From Callorhinchus milii (taxonomy: Eukaryota): a stretch of DNA of 64,000 bases. Below are positions 41,456 to 54,489 of this stretch, piece after piece. How positions within the stretch are numbered: the first letter of the stretch is position 1; the number at the start of each line of letters is the position of its first letter. The stretch is from the NCBI RefSeq assembly GCF_018977255.1, contig NW_024704742.1:18850001-18914000 (forward strand), in the 5' to 3' direction. The notes under the pieces are model-generated. The model was not told the origin of the DNA. It worked only from the letters and a program-made list of their open reading frames with translations, and searched no databases. The position numbers and the translations under genes were made by a program.

Positions 41456-42630
41456 GAAAACAAGAAAGGGAGCTTCTTTAAATAAGCATGAAATATTTTT
41501 CACTAAGAATTTCTAACGTAGAATTAATTTACGTCTTTATGACAATTTAAGTTCAGTTCCTTTAGGGTGTTAGATTGCTAAGAATCCAGTAATAGGCAGT
41601 AACACATCAAGGATTCAGAAAATGTCATAAGCTGCTCTTATGTCAACCAATTCCCCGATTGCTACATCTTGAAGCAAGTATGCAAAAAATGCTTACTTGC
41701 TAAATAAATGGAAAGGGAACAAAGCTGCAGGGCAAATGCTGGAATGTCTCAATTCACACAGACACATGCCCTTGTGAGCATTCCACATGACTTAGACTGT
41801 GGTGCCCTATGAATATTATATATCAATAAATATTTCCCATAATACCATTGGTGCACTGCTGAATGCTGAGCAATCCACCTTCAAGACAATATGATGACAC
41901 AGCCTGATATGCATGCAAAATAACATTCTCCATTGGTGAATGCAGTGGAAGGAGTAAGGAAACATGCAAATGTAAGCTGTGTTACAATTAGATAAATAGA
42001 AAAGAAACAAGAAAACATTAAAAGGGATGAATTTCTGCATGTGTCAGACACCCAGCTGACCCCCAAAAACATTAAAACTATTCATACACTTCACAATTAC
42101 TCCCAATAATGTGAACCCTTGCTTGTTTTCCATTCCAAACTCTGAAGCAGGCTGATGCTTGCTTACTTGCTGTAGGCTAGCATGTCAGGAGGCTTTTGTT
42201 GATGCTCTTGTGTCCTGCGAAGTGACATGAAATTTTCTAGATGCAGTTGCTTGTATCGAGAGCTGTCACAAAAGATGATTTACTGAGGTAAGCTATTCAA
42301 CCACCCTCGTCTCCTCCTCCTCCTCCTCCCCCTCCCCACATAGTCAGCTTGAAATTTGGATTATTCAATCTATTGAAAAGACAGCTGACTCACTGTTTGG
42401 TGTTGTAATCACACTGTGCCTGAAGCACAGAACCCAGCCTAATTTATATACCCTTATAGTTTGTCTTCATGTGCACATGTAGGGCAAAGAGGAGCAATCA
42501 CTAATAGAGCCCTTGTGTATTTGATGACAGTTCTTATTTCATCTGACCTTACTTACAGAACACAATTATACAATATGGATATAAGAGGACTACTATATTG
42601 TTCAAATCAATGCAGCAGGCCATCAAGAGG

Positions 42631-42958
42631 TAATAATAATAATAATAATAATAATCCTTGCATTTGATATAGCGCTTTCACATCGGGAGGACGTCCCAAA
42701 GCGCTTCACAGAACACACTGTAAAGTGAATTGACTGTATTTTTGTGGGCGAACCCGGCAGCCAATTGCGCACAGCAATGTCCCACAAACAGTCGTAGATT
42801 AAGAATGACCAATTTTATTATTGTTTTTGGTTTTGGAGGGATTATTATTAGGCGTGTGGAGTAAGGAAACTTGCCCAAGGTTTCGCCCTGTCTGGAATTG
42901 AACTCAGGTCTCTCACTTGCAAAGCGAGTGCTCTAACCACTGAGCTACAGGACTCCAC
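42631..42958 (-). mobile_element. Young tRNA-derived SINE, full length
   Basis: Near-identical reverse complement of the 24497 copy; candidate target-site duplication aggtaa at 42628-42633 and 42959-42964. Confidence 0.93.
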
Positions 42959-43029
42959 AGGTAAACAGAAACATAACTTTTATTCTTCAGAAAATTGAGT
43001 TTATCAACCATTTCAGACATTCTGCTCTG

Positions 43030-43765
43030 CTTCTCTGGAATTCGTCAGGATCACTAAAGGTGGAAGTCCAGAGGGTGAAGTGATCTCTGGAAGAATTTGT
43101 GAGGGACTCAGTTGGAAGCTTTTTCCAAGATCGGGAAAGATGGTGGAGGGCTTGGAAGAGGGGAGGGGCATACGGGAGGAGAGGGAGATGAGGAAATTAT
43201 CTGAGATGGCCTTGTTTATGATGGACAGATTGGAGATGACAAGGCCGTGAGTTATAAGGAGGTCAAGGGAGTGGCCACGGTTGTGTGTCGGAGAGTTTAT
43301 GTAGAGGGTGAGATTTAGTGTGGAGAGGAGAACAGTGAAATTAGAGGAGATGGGTCAAGAAGAGTTTAGGTGGAGGTTGAAATCACCCAGTATCATCAGG
43401 TGTTCAGTGCAGAGACAGAAAAATGAGAGGAGGGAGCAGATGTCAGGAATGAAGGAATCAGGGGGTTTGGGAGGACGCTAAATGAGGATTTTGAACGAGA
43501 GGGAGGGATGGTACCAGGTTAAGCATTTAAAACAGATGAAGGAGCTAGACAAATACGGAGATAGAGCGAGGGAAGGCTGGGAGATGAGGGTAACCCCGTT
43601 GCCGTGTCGGTTGGAGCTGGGGGTGTGGTGAAAGTTGTAGCTGGGTGGGGTGGTGGGGGAGGCTTCAATCAGGGGGACAGGATCACCGGGGACGGCCAGG
43701 TTTCAGTGAGCCCAAGAATGTTGATGTTCTCATCTAGGATGAGGTCATGGATCGTGAGGGCTTCA
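43030..43765 (-). mobile_element. L2 LINE apurinic-like endonuclease domain fragment
   Basis: Manual minus-strand reading gives HDLILDENINILGLTETW ... LMILGDFNLHLN ... SPTHNRGHSLDLLIT, the APE endonuclease motifs, with stops. Confidence 0.85.
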
Positions 43766-44014
43766 TTTATTGTTCATTAAATCACAACCGCAATCGCAAA
43801 GCTTCAATACTTTTATAGACCATTTTGTTTCCTGGCAACGCTTAAAGGTACGCAGGAATTTTTCGGTAAAGTCTAATCAGGAACTGGGAATTCCAGTGTG
43901 AAAACCTTGCCAAGCACGTGTTGAGCAGCAGTGTAGAAGCAGTGTAGACACTGATACTCCCACTGCCACATTGCCATGTTCACTGCAATGGCAAGTTCAC
44001 ACAGCAACAGTCAC

Positions 44015-44292
44015 TGCATTTGTGCATTTGGAGGTCGAGCATTCAGTCACTGCGCTCTGAAACTCTGGAACTCTCTCCTTCAATCCCTTCGCCTTGAACC
44101 ATCTCTCCCCTTTTTCAAGTCCAGTCTGAAAATCTTCCTTTTCGACCGTGCTTACCGTCACCTGTGCCACCACCCCACAAACTCCCCCCCACCACCACCG
44201 CCCCGTCATGGAATCAAACTCCACCACTGTTAAGCACTCTGAAATGCTACCCTGCATGGAGGACGCTAGATAAGTGCAAGCTGTTGTTGTTG
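44015..44292 (+). mobile_element. L2 LINE 3' end
   Basis: GGRAFSHCALKLWNSLLQSLRL...FKSSLKIFLF plus (GTT)n tail. Confidence 0.85.
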
Positions 44293-44634
44293 CATTTGAG
44301 TATCATTGTTGGGAGTGGAGTAGGATGAGAGGAGGAGGAAGGTGGAGGCAGAGGTCGTTGAATAGCTGACCTCAATAACATTAAAAAAATTACATTATTT
44401 TCAACAAGAAAATTAATTATTAGATACAAATACATCTAAAAGACACGCACACAAAAGCCTGGGACTTTTGTGTGTATTTCTTTTTAAAAACTACTGAAAA
44501 ACAGCTTACAAATCACGAGGGAATTTAGGGATGATCCAAAATTCTGTGTAATCTTAAATTTCAAAGCAATAGTCGTAAGACGAGGACCATGAGAAATAAT
44601 ATGCCTCTCATGTCTGAAATGTTGAGAAATGTTG

Positions 44635-45070
44635 TTAATGGTCTTTGTATTTGATATAGTGCCTTATCATAGAGTTGAAACATCTCAAGGTGTTTCACTG
44701 GATTTACTATAACAGTAGTGACTGTGTACGTTGTTCATGTGAAGGACACCATATAAATGCAAATGTTGTTTTGTATTTTTCAACAGAATGCAGCAGGCCG
44801 TTTTCTCATGGCAATGTCCCACAAACAACCATGAGGTGAATGATCAATATTTACCTGAAGGATTGTTGATTAAGAGATCAGGAGAAACTCCCTTCTCTTT
44901 TCAAATAATGCCATGGAATCTTAATGTCTGTCTGAACAGGCAGATGGGATCTCAGTTTAATGTCTTCCCCAAAGAATGGTATCCCTAGATAGAATTGCAT
45001 TGTAGCCTACATGCTTAAAGTTCTGACATGAAGTTTGAATGCAAAATCTTCTGAATCAGAGGTGAGAGAA
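44635..45070 (-). mobile_element. Deu-domain SINE
   Basis: Reverse complement Deu core tgccatggaatcttaatgtctgtctgaacaggcagatgggatctcagtttaa. Confidence 0.72.
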
Positions 45071-47694
45071 CAGCTTGCTATTTGTCTTAGCTTTGAAAGC
45101 AGAATTAGCGAGCATGGGAGTAATTTTTTTTAATTAAGACAACGGTACCAAGTCCAAGCCTTTAAGAATTTTGGGCCTCAGCATCATATCCCTCTTTTCC
45201 AGTTAAATGAACCAATCTTTCCTCATAACTTCAAGCAATAAATCTTGGAATCATCTCTGTTATTTTCCTTTGAACTAGAATCCAAAAGGCCCTCTGTTTA
45301 ATCTGAATGAGCTGTTGGATCGCAGAATGAAAGTAATTCAGGTCACTACGGAGGATAATTCAAACATCACATTGACGACAGTACAATTCGCTGTGGCCCG
45401 TACAACAAACAGAGGCTCAGTTTTGAGGGACGTTTTTTCAGGAATTACTGACGTTTATCAGAGAAGGTGTGTTAAAGATTAAAGATGTGGTGCAGACTGG
45501 GTTCAGCCAACTGGATGGCTGCCTTGAGCTTGAATTTACACAAACCAAGAGGGAATAAGCCTTGGCATCTCTCAGGCAGGACAATGGGGAGCACGCCAGC
45601 CAAACTTCTCTTTCGGCCATTGCTCGATCAAGCACCATACTTAAAGCCCTCAAAGTAAGCCCTGCACCTGGTTCGAAACTACCCTTTCCTTTAAACACAA
45701 ACATGAGGCAGGGCTATATCCATGCCCGACAAACCCCACTATCCACTGAGATGCCTCATTCCTCAGCTTCAGTTATTTTGAAGATTTCTCAGACCTAAGC
45801 AAGCCCTCTTTAGCAAATGAAATGAGCCCAACAGAATTATTTGTTTTGTGTACACATGTTTACGTGACTTGAATATCCTACAGGCATTTCACAAAACTGA
45901 AGAAAATATATAAATTATTCCATGCTCCAGCTGTTAACTATCATTATAAGCAAAGCACAGCCATGTGCAGGGAATCTTGTAAGCTTTACTGAATAAATTA
46001 TTTTGAAAGTTTTTTTCCATTAGTTGATTGCCCATCTCCTTAGCCATTGCCAATTGCCAACCTCTGGCACAGGCTTTGAAGTTGCTGTTCTTCCACTTTT
46101 CTGGCAGAATTTTGTTCCTTATTAAAGCACAGTTGCAGTCTTGTTGTTAGGGTAAGGTTATACAACACACAATAAACTGTAGATATTTCCCACACTTTTA
46201 TGGGGTTGTAGAATAAGGCATTTACAGAGCAATTAAGACATCAGTCCAAAGGTGCCTCAGCAACTGAGCTGACGATTTGCGTACATAATTATAATTTGAT
46301 AAGCTTCAATTTGGGCTTGTGTTTCACAGATGTTTGGAGATAATTTTTATTGCAATGGGGATATCTCCCCATTAGCCACCCTTCAACTCAGTCTTCCTGC
46401 CTGAATAATGCCATTGGGAATGAACGGATTCAGGATGGAACCAGGGAGATTAGTTGTAATCAAGGTAACAATGAGCCTAATATGCAGGGTTGGGCTAATA
46501 GCCATGGGCTAATCACAGTCCAAAACATACAGGTGTCTTTACTTCTATAATTAAGCACTCATGAAAAGGATTACAGGAATTTCTGTAATCTGTTTCATTA
46601 CCTGGTGACTCATTAACGATACCTGGATGCACTTGAATAACATTCACACGTGGGCTATTAACTTATGGGTTGTTAGTCAAACCCACTTTTATGCATTGCA
46701 CATTGCTGATATCCTTTGCTTGTCAATAAAGGTACATCACTAAATCATGGCTGTTTGGGATACCTTGCTCTGCACAAACTAGCTACCTCAGAGATCCAAA
46801 GTTTAGTCCACTTTCCATCAAGTGTCACTGGAGAGCAATGAACTATCTAATTTGGGGGGTGGGACTGGAGCAAGCAAGGTCTCCTTGGTGCTGAGCTTGT
46901 TCAACGGTAACAGACCTGGCAATGGAAAATCAGAATCGAGTGAAGCCCTTGTGGTGTTTTCAAGTCATCCAGTTTCCGAGCCAAGCAGGTCTGCCCGACT
47001 AAATTAGTTGCTATCTCCCCTCTCTCCACTTCAATGAATGTTCCTCTTGTGTACAAAGTAAAGTCTGATTACCTTCAGCTTGGAATTCACATCAAAACAA
47101 GTTGTAACTATAAAACCAATTCCTCCAAGACAGGTTTTAATTTAGAATATTTTTACAGACAAATTATTCTCTACCGTTGATTTGTCTGAAACTGTAACTT
47201 TGCTGCCACTTTGAAGAGGGAGTAGTGTTGGAGTCTATTAGAGTGTAAAGTTAAAGCTTCGTAACAGATTCAATGTGAATTATCTTTAATGACTTCATGG
47301 AGCATTTCACACAATTTAGTGTTGTAAAAACAACAGAGCAGGTGACACACTGGCCAAGGAATGTCAGAATCCTGTCAATCCCCATGCCGGCCTTGGTTAT
47401 CTGGTTCCTGTGACAACAGTCTCCTGTTTATCCTGCAAGTCAAAGCTCTGATGGACAGAGTAGCCCTTGCTAGAAAAACAATGGGAAGCTTGCGAGTGTT
47501 CGCAATGGCAAGCTGCAGTTTTAGCTGGTTAAACTCCAGCAGCACCCCAATAAAATAATAATAATCCTTGCATTTGCTATAGCACTCTCTCCAAGGCCTC
47601 GATATAGTACAAAGTACAAAATTACATTTATAAAACGCTTTTCATGTCGGGAGGATGTCCCAAGGTACTAAACAGTCAGGGATTAGGACCCGAG

Positions 47695-48135
47695 ATATCC
47701 TTCCTAATGTGTAGAGCCCAGAATTGGACACAATACTCCAAATGAGGCCTAAGTAGTGACTTATAAAGGGATAGCAGAACTTCCTTACTTTTGTATTCTA
47801 TGGCTCTATTTATAAAGCCAAGGATCCCATATGCTTTTTAATATCTCTATTAACCTGTCCTGCCACCTTCAAAGACCTGTGTATGTGAACTCCCAGGGCT
47901 CTCTGCTCCTGAACCCCCTTTAAACCTGCAACATTTAGTGTATATTGCCTCTCCTCCTAAAGTGCATCACCTCACACTTCTCTGCATTAAATTTAATTTC
48001 CATGTGTTTGCCCATTTCACCAGTCTATCTATGTCCTCCTACAGTCTGCAGACATCTTCCTTACTGTTTACTACATTCCAAAGTTTTGTGTCATCTGCAA
48101 ACTTTAAAATGTTGCTCTCTTTACCCAAGTCCAAG
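47695..48135 (-). mobile_element. CR1 LINE reverse-transcriptase fragment
   Basis: SNILKFADDTKLWNVVNSKEDVCRL and downstream CR1-like sequence. Confidence 0.88.
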
Positions 48136-49758
48136 TTATTTCTGCATATATCCCACAAGCAGCCATGAAGTGAATAATCATTTTTTTCTGGGGGATTATT
48201 GGCCAGGACACAGGGAAACTCCGTTCTCTTTTTGAGTAGTGCCAAGAGATCCCTATTTAGAGTCTTTTAAGGATGGAGTTGGGTTTCCATCTTTGTCAGG
48301 TACCTGGCTGACCCAAATATACTGCTGAGAGCAATTTCCAGATTTTAAAAATGGAATGTTTCATTAAAATGTACGCCTACAAAATACACACAGTCAATCG
48401 CTTTACATATTATTCTGTGAAGCAGTTTGAGACATCTCAACGATGTGATAAGGTGCTATATGAAATGCAAGGATTATTATTGTAATTCAACAAAGTCACA
48501 AGACTTACTTTAGTTTTTCTTAATACAATAAAGATTCCCTTTGGGTTCCCTGATGTCTAAGAGGGTGAATGCACAATTTCTAGGAATACGGTGAGAAAAG
48601 TCAGCCAGCCTTTCCTCACTTCAGGGCTATTCAGTGGCCCCTGTTGGAAAGTGCATGTGTGGCTATGTCAGTCGATGAAAGGCCTAGGGTGCAGTTGTGA
48701 TGCTCTCTATTAATGAACCGCCTGCCAAGACAGTGCAGACATGCACATTGAAGAAATGCCGCTGCAGTGCATCCCAGAGGGTTTCAGCGCTATAAACCCA
48801 CATCCCAGCACAGGTTTGTGCCTTCAGGAGAGGAGGTGAGAACATTTGGAAAATAAAGTAAAAACAAACACAGATGATCCTGCAACTACAAAACCCACTG
48901 TGACAAATAAGCAAGCTCAGCTTGGAACCATTCAAAGGCTGCAGAGCTCAGCTGGGGCAGACTGTGGTGTCTTAGCTGTGAAATGGAAAGTAAATATCAG
49001 ACTGAGGTTTTTGAAAAGTTTTCGCTAAGCCTCAAAATAAGTAAGTACTTTATCAGAAGTCAACACACCCAAAAGCCTGATAGTGTTAAAGTTTAGTTCA
49101 CTTGGGAGGCCAGACTCATTCTAGAAAGGGATTGGGAGGTGGAGAAACAAGCCATAAAATTACTTTATTGATCTGTACCCTCCTTTTTCGTACAAGCACA
49201 GAAATGAAACACATTTAAAGATACTTTAATAAGAATTAAATACTTAATATTTAAAACTTTCTGGAAATGGGTTAGAAGGGTGCGTAAAACTGGAGAGAGA
49301 GCATACTCTATTCCAAACAGGAATATCTCCATGAGTAGATGCCATATCTATGTGGAACTCTCAGTCTGATTTAGCTATTCTTAAGCACCTTGATGGGTTT
49401 CTGCATGGGTCAGATACCTGGTTGACCAAAACAAAAACTGAAGAAAATCTCTAAGATTTTCTGCACAGGTGGAGTGTGAGATTGCATTGTATCCTGTGAA
49501 GACTGATTTTTAAATAGACTTTAATAAAATGTGCTCTTTTTGTAGATCACAATTAGATATAACAGGGACATTACGTGCCATAGGTTTCAGAAAGTTTGAA
49601 GTGTTTCTCACATCAGGGCTATTTCAGCTGTTGCAGCTAACTATGTTGAATACAACTGGCATTGCTGGCAATGCCCTGATGCATAGAATCAGTTCCAGTT
49701 GCATTCAACATCCTTAAAATAAGCACATTGTCTGGAATTTGCTGTATGATTACATCTA

Positions 49759-50131
49759 CAGTAAAACCTTGTTAATGCACAGTTGGAAGGTTCCAGTGTC
49801 ACAGTAGTCACATTCTAATTGAGGCACAAAAAATGGATAATTGGTTAACTTCTAGGTCACCCAGTCACTGCTAATGCCACTTCCTGTGCATCACCTAGTA
49901 AGCACCGCTGATATCACTTCCTTTGTGAAGGTGCTTCCTGGCGTGAAGAAAGTGACGTTGGCCACCACCTGACAACCCAGAAATTGTCCATCCTATGATG
50001 TTGAGCAGAAAGCTGGCCAGTCAGTGATGGAAGCTAGGTGACTGCGCTTCTGTCTCATGCGGGTCCACAATAAGCCTGGATTATAAGCACGGCAGCACTA
50101 TAGTGAAGGGTGCTATAACAGGGTTTCCCTG
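49759..50131. mobile_element. Tc1/mariner-pogo (Tigger-like) non-autonomous element
   Basis: TA|CAGTAAAACCTTGTTAATGCAC ... GTGCTATAACAGGGTTTCCCTG|TA: imperfect terminal inverted repeats with TA flanks. Confidence 0.7.
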
Positions 50132-50361
50132 TATAGGCATTCAATTGTATAATAATAATAATAATAATAATCCTTGCATTTGATATAGTGCTTATCATGT
50201 CTTCTAGATATCTCAAAGCGCTTCACAGAATGTACTGTAAAGTGAATTGACTGTATATTTGTGGGCAAATGTTAAATAAGGTTCACTTCCTATCTTAAAA
50301 ATAATCTTTTCTTTGTGACACGATTGCTTCACGCTTATCATTCAGAATGGGAGGTACTCAC

Positions 50362-50557
50362 TTGCACAGTCCATTCTCTGGCTCCTCAAGTCCAAATCTC
50401 TCATCAAAGGTCATTTGTATTTGCATGTTCTCATTGGCTGCTATTAATCTCCACACCAGCACCACATCCCGAGGATAATTCTGAGGAAACCGTGGACTCT
50501 GAACAAATCCATCCTCCGATACTGTGATCATATTCTCATGCTGGTGATCATGGACTC
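50362..50557 (-). CDS. PDGFC: PDGF-C-like, internal coding exon (exon 2 equivalent), N-terminal half of CUB domain
   Basis: Manual translation: (G)VHDHQHENMITVSEDGFVQSPRFPQNYPRDVVLVWRLIAANENMQIQMTFDERFGLEEPENGLC(K). Pyrimidine-rich acceptor ...ttcaacgttgtag|GA, donor TGCAA|gtgagt; 196 nt, phase 1 to phase 2; no stops. Confidence 0.93.
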
Positions 50558-51819
50558 CTACAACGTTGAAGGGATGGGGGCAGGGGGGAAATGAAAAGAA
50601 AAGAGTGAATATAATTGTCTATTTAAAACACGGAGAATTAATTGTAATTACGTCAGTCCCTACCGAGCCCTGACCAATTTTAGTTCCGTATTTCATTTTG
50701 AAATACTGCACTTGTATATAAAAAAAACTGCAGAACTAGACTCATGCAATGAACAAAAGTTAAATCCCACAGGCACCTCCCAATAAAGGCTAACGAACCA
50801 GACTCGTAATTAGACAGTGTAATCTGGAATGTGTTTCACAATTCTGTCTACCATATCATTTTTGCCAGGTATCTGCTGAAATTTCCTTTAAGGTGATTGG
50901 CACGGGGCCTGCTCTTTCATCACGCACTTGGCTGCAGGTTGCAAAAAAAAACATCGACAGATAAATAACACATGCTGCAGCCAAGTGCTGGGATTTGCAG
51001 CGTCTGCACTCTGCCCCATCACTCAGATGTTACAGAAGTTTTTTTAAACAGCAGCAACCAGCAAAGCCACTTGTTTCCCTAGTTGCTGTTTTGAAGGCTG
51101 ATTGACACCAGAGAAATGTGCGTGATTAAAAGCAAAATGCTCTTTCGTCTGGGATCCCTTATTCCCTCCTTCTGTTTGCGAGACTGAGGGAAGGAATGCA
51201 GACACTGTATTTAACAATGTTTAAAATCCTTGATCTGAGATCCTTATTTAGATAGCTAAAGTCCAAGCCAAAAATTGAGACTCACAACATCTGTGATCAT
51301 ATGTGCTTCTGCAAGGAAATTTCTACCCCTCCTCTAAATCAATGGACTTTCTTTTAAAGGGCATGAGCGCTCCTGTAAATGTTGCAAGCAATTTCACCCA
51401 GTACTGCCTTGGCCGATATAATCAATTTGTCTTAACATTTAAAAATTCACAAAATTGTGGAACAATCTTGGCCTCTTCATGCCTGAGTACAGTTTTCCAC
51501 GGATGCTGGTCGGCCTCTGTTACCCCAGAGTGGTCGTTGTTCAGGCCTGAGCCTTGGCAGTGAGTGTCGGCAGCCACTCAACTATAAAAGTTATCACAAT
51601 CGCGCCTGACCTATTCACACCTGACTGCTAAACACATCCATTGTTTTAGAGGAGGGGCGAAATTTCCTAGCAGATACACATGCGATCTCAGATGTTGTGT
51701 GTCCCGGTTTTGGGAATTCACCTTTCCCTCCACTCTCTGCTCTGCTCTCTCAGCGCCTTGGGACGTCCTCCCGACGTGAAAGGCGCTATACAAATGTAAT
51801 CTTGTTGTGGTTGTTGCTG

Positions 51820-52110
51820 TAGCTCCTCCAGTCTAGGTTTCACCCTGCCCACAGCACTGACACAACCCTCGTCAAAGTCACCAAAAGTGCATTCTCTCTG
51901 TGCAACTAGGACTCCCTCTGTCTTTTTGTTCTCCCCAACCTATCAGCTGCTTTTGACACTGTTGACCACTCCATCCTCCTCAATCGCTTCTCCTCCTCAT
52001 CCACCTCTCCTGGCTCTAATCTACTACCACCTCCAGTTTGTCTCCTTCAACAGCTTCTCCTCCCACCTCCGCACAGTCACCTACAGAGTAGCCCTCTGTT
52101 TTGGGCCCTC
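51820..52110 (+). mobile_element. L2 LINE reverse-transcriptase fragment, preceded by an L2 tail (51745-51818)
   Basis: aacctatcagctgcttttgacactgttgaccactccatcctc reads NLSAAFDTVDHSIL. Confidence 0.8.
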
Positions 52111-52929
52111 TCTATCGGTCTCTATTTCCAGTCTAATAACCTACCTCTTCAAGCTTATCTATAGAAGCCAGTTACTTTTTAAGAACTGTGTAAAACCGGC
52201 TTCCAAATTAAGGCTGAATTTAAGAATTTTCCACACTTCTGCATAATCTTACTTTTTAAGGCTAATGATCCAACAGGTTGAGACGAGATGGATTGGACCA
52301 AAACCTGATTCTAAAACTAGCAATCCTTCCACACTGCATAATGATGGGATTTGTTGCTGTACAGATACAATGAGAAGACCATAGTGCTGATGAACAGCTT
52401 GTGGCACACTTTCTTTTGAGCTTACAAGCATCCCGGTTTCAGTTGAAGACTTCAGTGGGTTATAAAATTATTGTCACACTGAACGCAATGTTCTGTCTCC
52501 TGGGCTCCTTCCATTCACACAGCAGCAAGGATTCACCTTTGTTGCCCTATTGTCAGCTGCCAGTTCAGTGAACCATTGCTTCGCAAACGATTAACTTTTA
52601 AAGCAATGACAAAAGCCAGCAATAACTATTGCACCAATTACCATTTACACTATTGAGGTGCCCGACAATAACAATAGTAATAATCCTTGCATTTAACATA
52701 GCATCTTTCTTATCAGGAGATGTTTCACAGCTCTTCACACAATTGTACTGTATTATTTTATAAGCAAATGAGGCAACGAACATGCGCACATCAATGCTAT
52801 ACAATCTGCTGTAGCAAGGCATTTAATCATTTTTTACCCTATTATTATTTTTAAGAAACGTATTCAAAATATTGCTTGTCCCTATAATGCTGAGGGCCAC
52901 AACACTGGTGCTCGTACCAATCCAATAAC

Positions 52930-53242
52930 TCACGTCACCATGTCTCCCACCCGACCCACCCTACCATCAGTGGCCGGGCTTTCAGCCTCTCTGCCCCCAC
53001 ACTCTGGAACTCCATCCCACGGTCCCTTCCCCTCACTTCCTCCCTTGCCTCCTTCAAGGTTGGTCTCAAGACACTTCTCTTCGATTGTGCCTTTGGTCTC
53101 CCTTCCACCTCTCTGTCTGCCCTCACCCCTACACCACCCCTCCCCCATGCTCGGGCCCTGATACCTGACTGTTCAGCACTTTGGGTCATCCTCCCAACGT
53201 GAAAGGCGCTCTATAAATGTAATTTTGTTGTTGTTGTTGTTG
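52930..53242 (+). mobile_element. L2 LINE 3' end
   Basis: Similar to the 34979-35290 copy; (GTT)n tail. Confidence 0.85.
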
Positions 53243-53571
53243 TCAGAAGGTTGTCGGTTCAAGTCCCACATTGGGACTTGGAATTCATATAGTCCAAGTT
53301 GACACTCCAATGCAGTGCTGTACACGTGCTACATTGTTGGAAGTGCCATCATTTGGATCGAAAAGAGAAGGGAATTTCTCCCAGTCTCCTGGCCAACAAT
53401 CCCCCAAATAACATTGGTCATTCACTCTGTGTCTGTTTGTGGAATATTACTATGGGCAAGTTGGCTGCCACAATCGCCTCCAAAATACACAGTCACTATA
53501 CTTCACAGAATTCTGTGAACCATCCTCCTGATGTGAAAGGTGCTACACCAAAAGTAAGGATTGTTGTTATT
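53243..53571 (+). mobile_element. Deu-domain SINE, internally deleted
   Basis: cagaaggttgtcggttcaagtcccac head, partial Deu core, shared tail. Confidence 0.7.
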
Positions 53572-53769
53572 TAAAATATTTTTAATAATAATAAATGAAC
53601 TTTGTTCATATGTAATGCACAGACAATTGGAGAAGTGGACAAGAGAAATATGGTGGGTAATGTGAGAATTATCACTGGTGATATCACCATGTTTACAGAA
53701 TCCCTTCATTCCACCAATTAATATGAAGGACTCGATCATCAATGAAATATCATTTAAATGTCATGCAGA

Positions 53770-54003
53770 GGAAAGTGATAATGTGAAATACACTGCCTGT
53801 CTGAAGCTGTAGTTGAATCAGATAGTATAAATGCAATTAAGAGAAAGCTGGAAATACCAATGAGGGAGAGGCGAATAGAAGGTTATGGGTGGGGGGGGGG
53901 GGGGGGAGTAAGGAATGGGTGGAGAGCCATACGTAAACACTGGCATGGACTGGTTGGGACGAATGGCCTGTTTCCATGTTGTACAATCTATGTAAATCTA
54001 TGT
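53770..54003 (+). mobile_element. CR1 LINE 3' end
   Basis: ggcatggactggttgggacgaatggcctgtttccatgttgtacaatctatgtaaatctatgtaa terminal pattern. Confidence 0.65.
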
Positions 54004-54489
54004 AAAAGTTGCCTCTCATGCAGGTGTAATGCTTCGCTATCATGATTGTTTCACAGCATGGTATGCTCCAAAGCTAGGAAGACAGAGGTCTTATGCTGAG
54101 GGACATTCAAAGCATGAACAGTGACTTCAAAGGAACCATAAAACTCTCATATTAAAATTGCTGACCTGTAATTTAAATGCTATTTTAAAAGGAACAACCG
54201 TAAACAGTCAATTTGTGGCATTTTATTCCTTAAATTACGTGCAGGGTTTTTTTGTGGCATAAATGTACAAGTATATACTTGTTATGAACTTTAAAGAGCA
54301 TTCGTTTATAATGTGCACGTCTCTGATGGGATCTGACAAGGTTTACAGGCAGAAGGTCACAAAGGATGCTTGAGCTAAAGTTGATCTGTATTGTAATGCA
54401 AAGTGAATGCCTCTCGGTGAGAACTGAGGTCAGGAAACATTGCTTAACAGAAGGTTGTGAAGATGTGGAATGCTCCACCCAAAATACTG

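Noticed and set aside
45438..45798. ORF pair in a repeat-poor stretch
   Set aside because: No homology recognised; could be conserved non-coding DNA but this cannot be judged without alignments.
53887..53906. Poly-G run as functional G-quadruplex
   Set aside because: Lies in a decayed CR1 3' end, is C-rich on the transcribed strand, and homopolymer length is unreliable.
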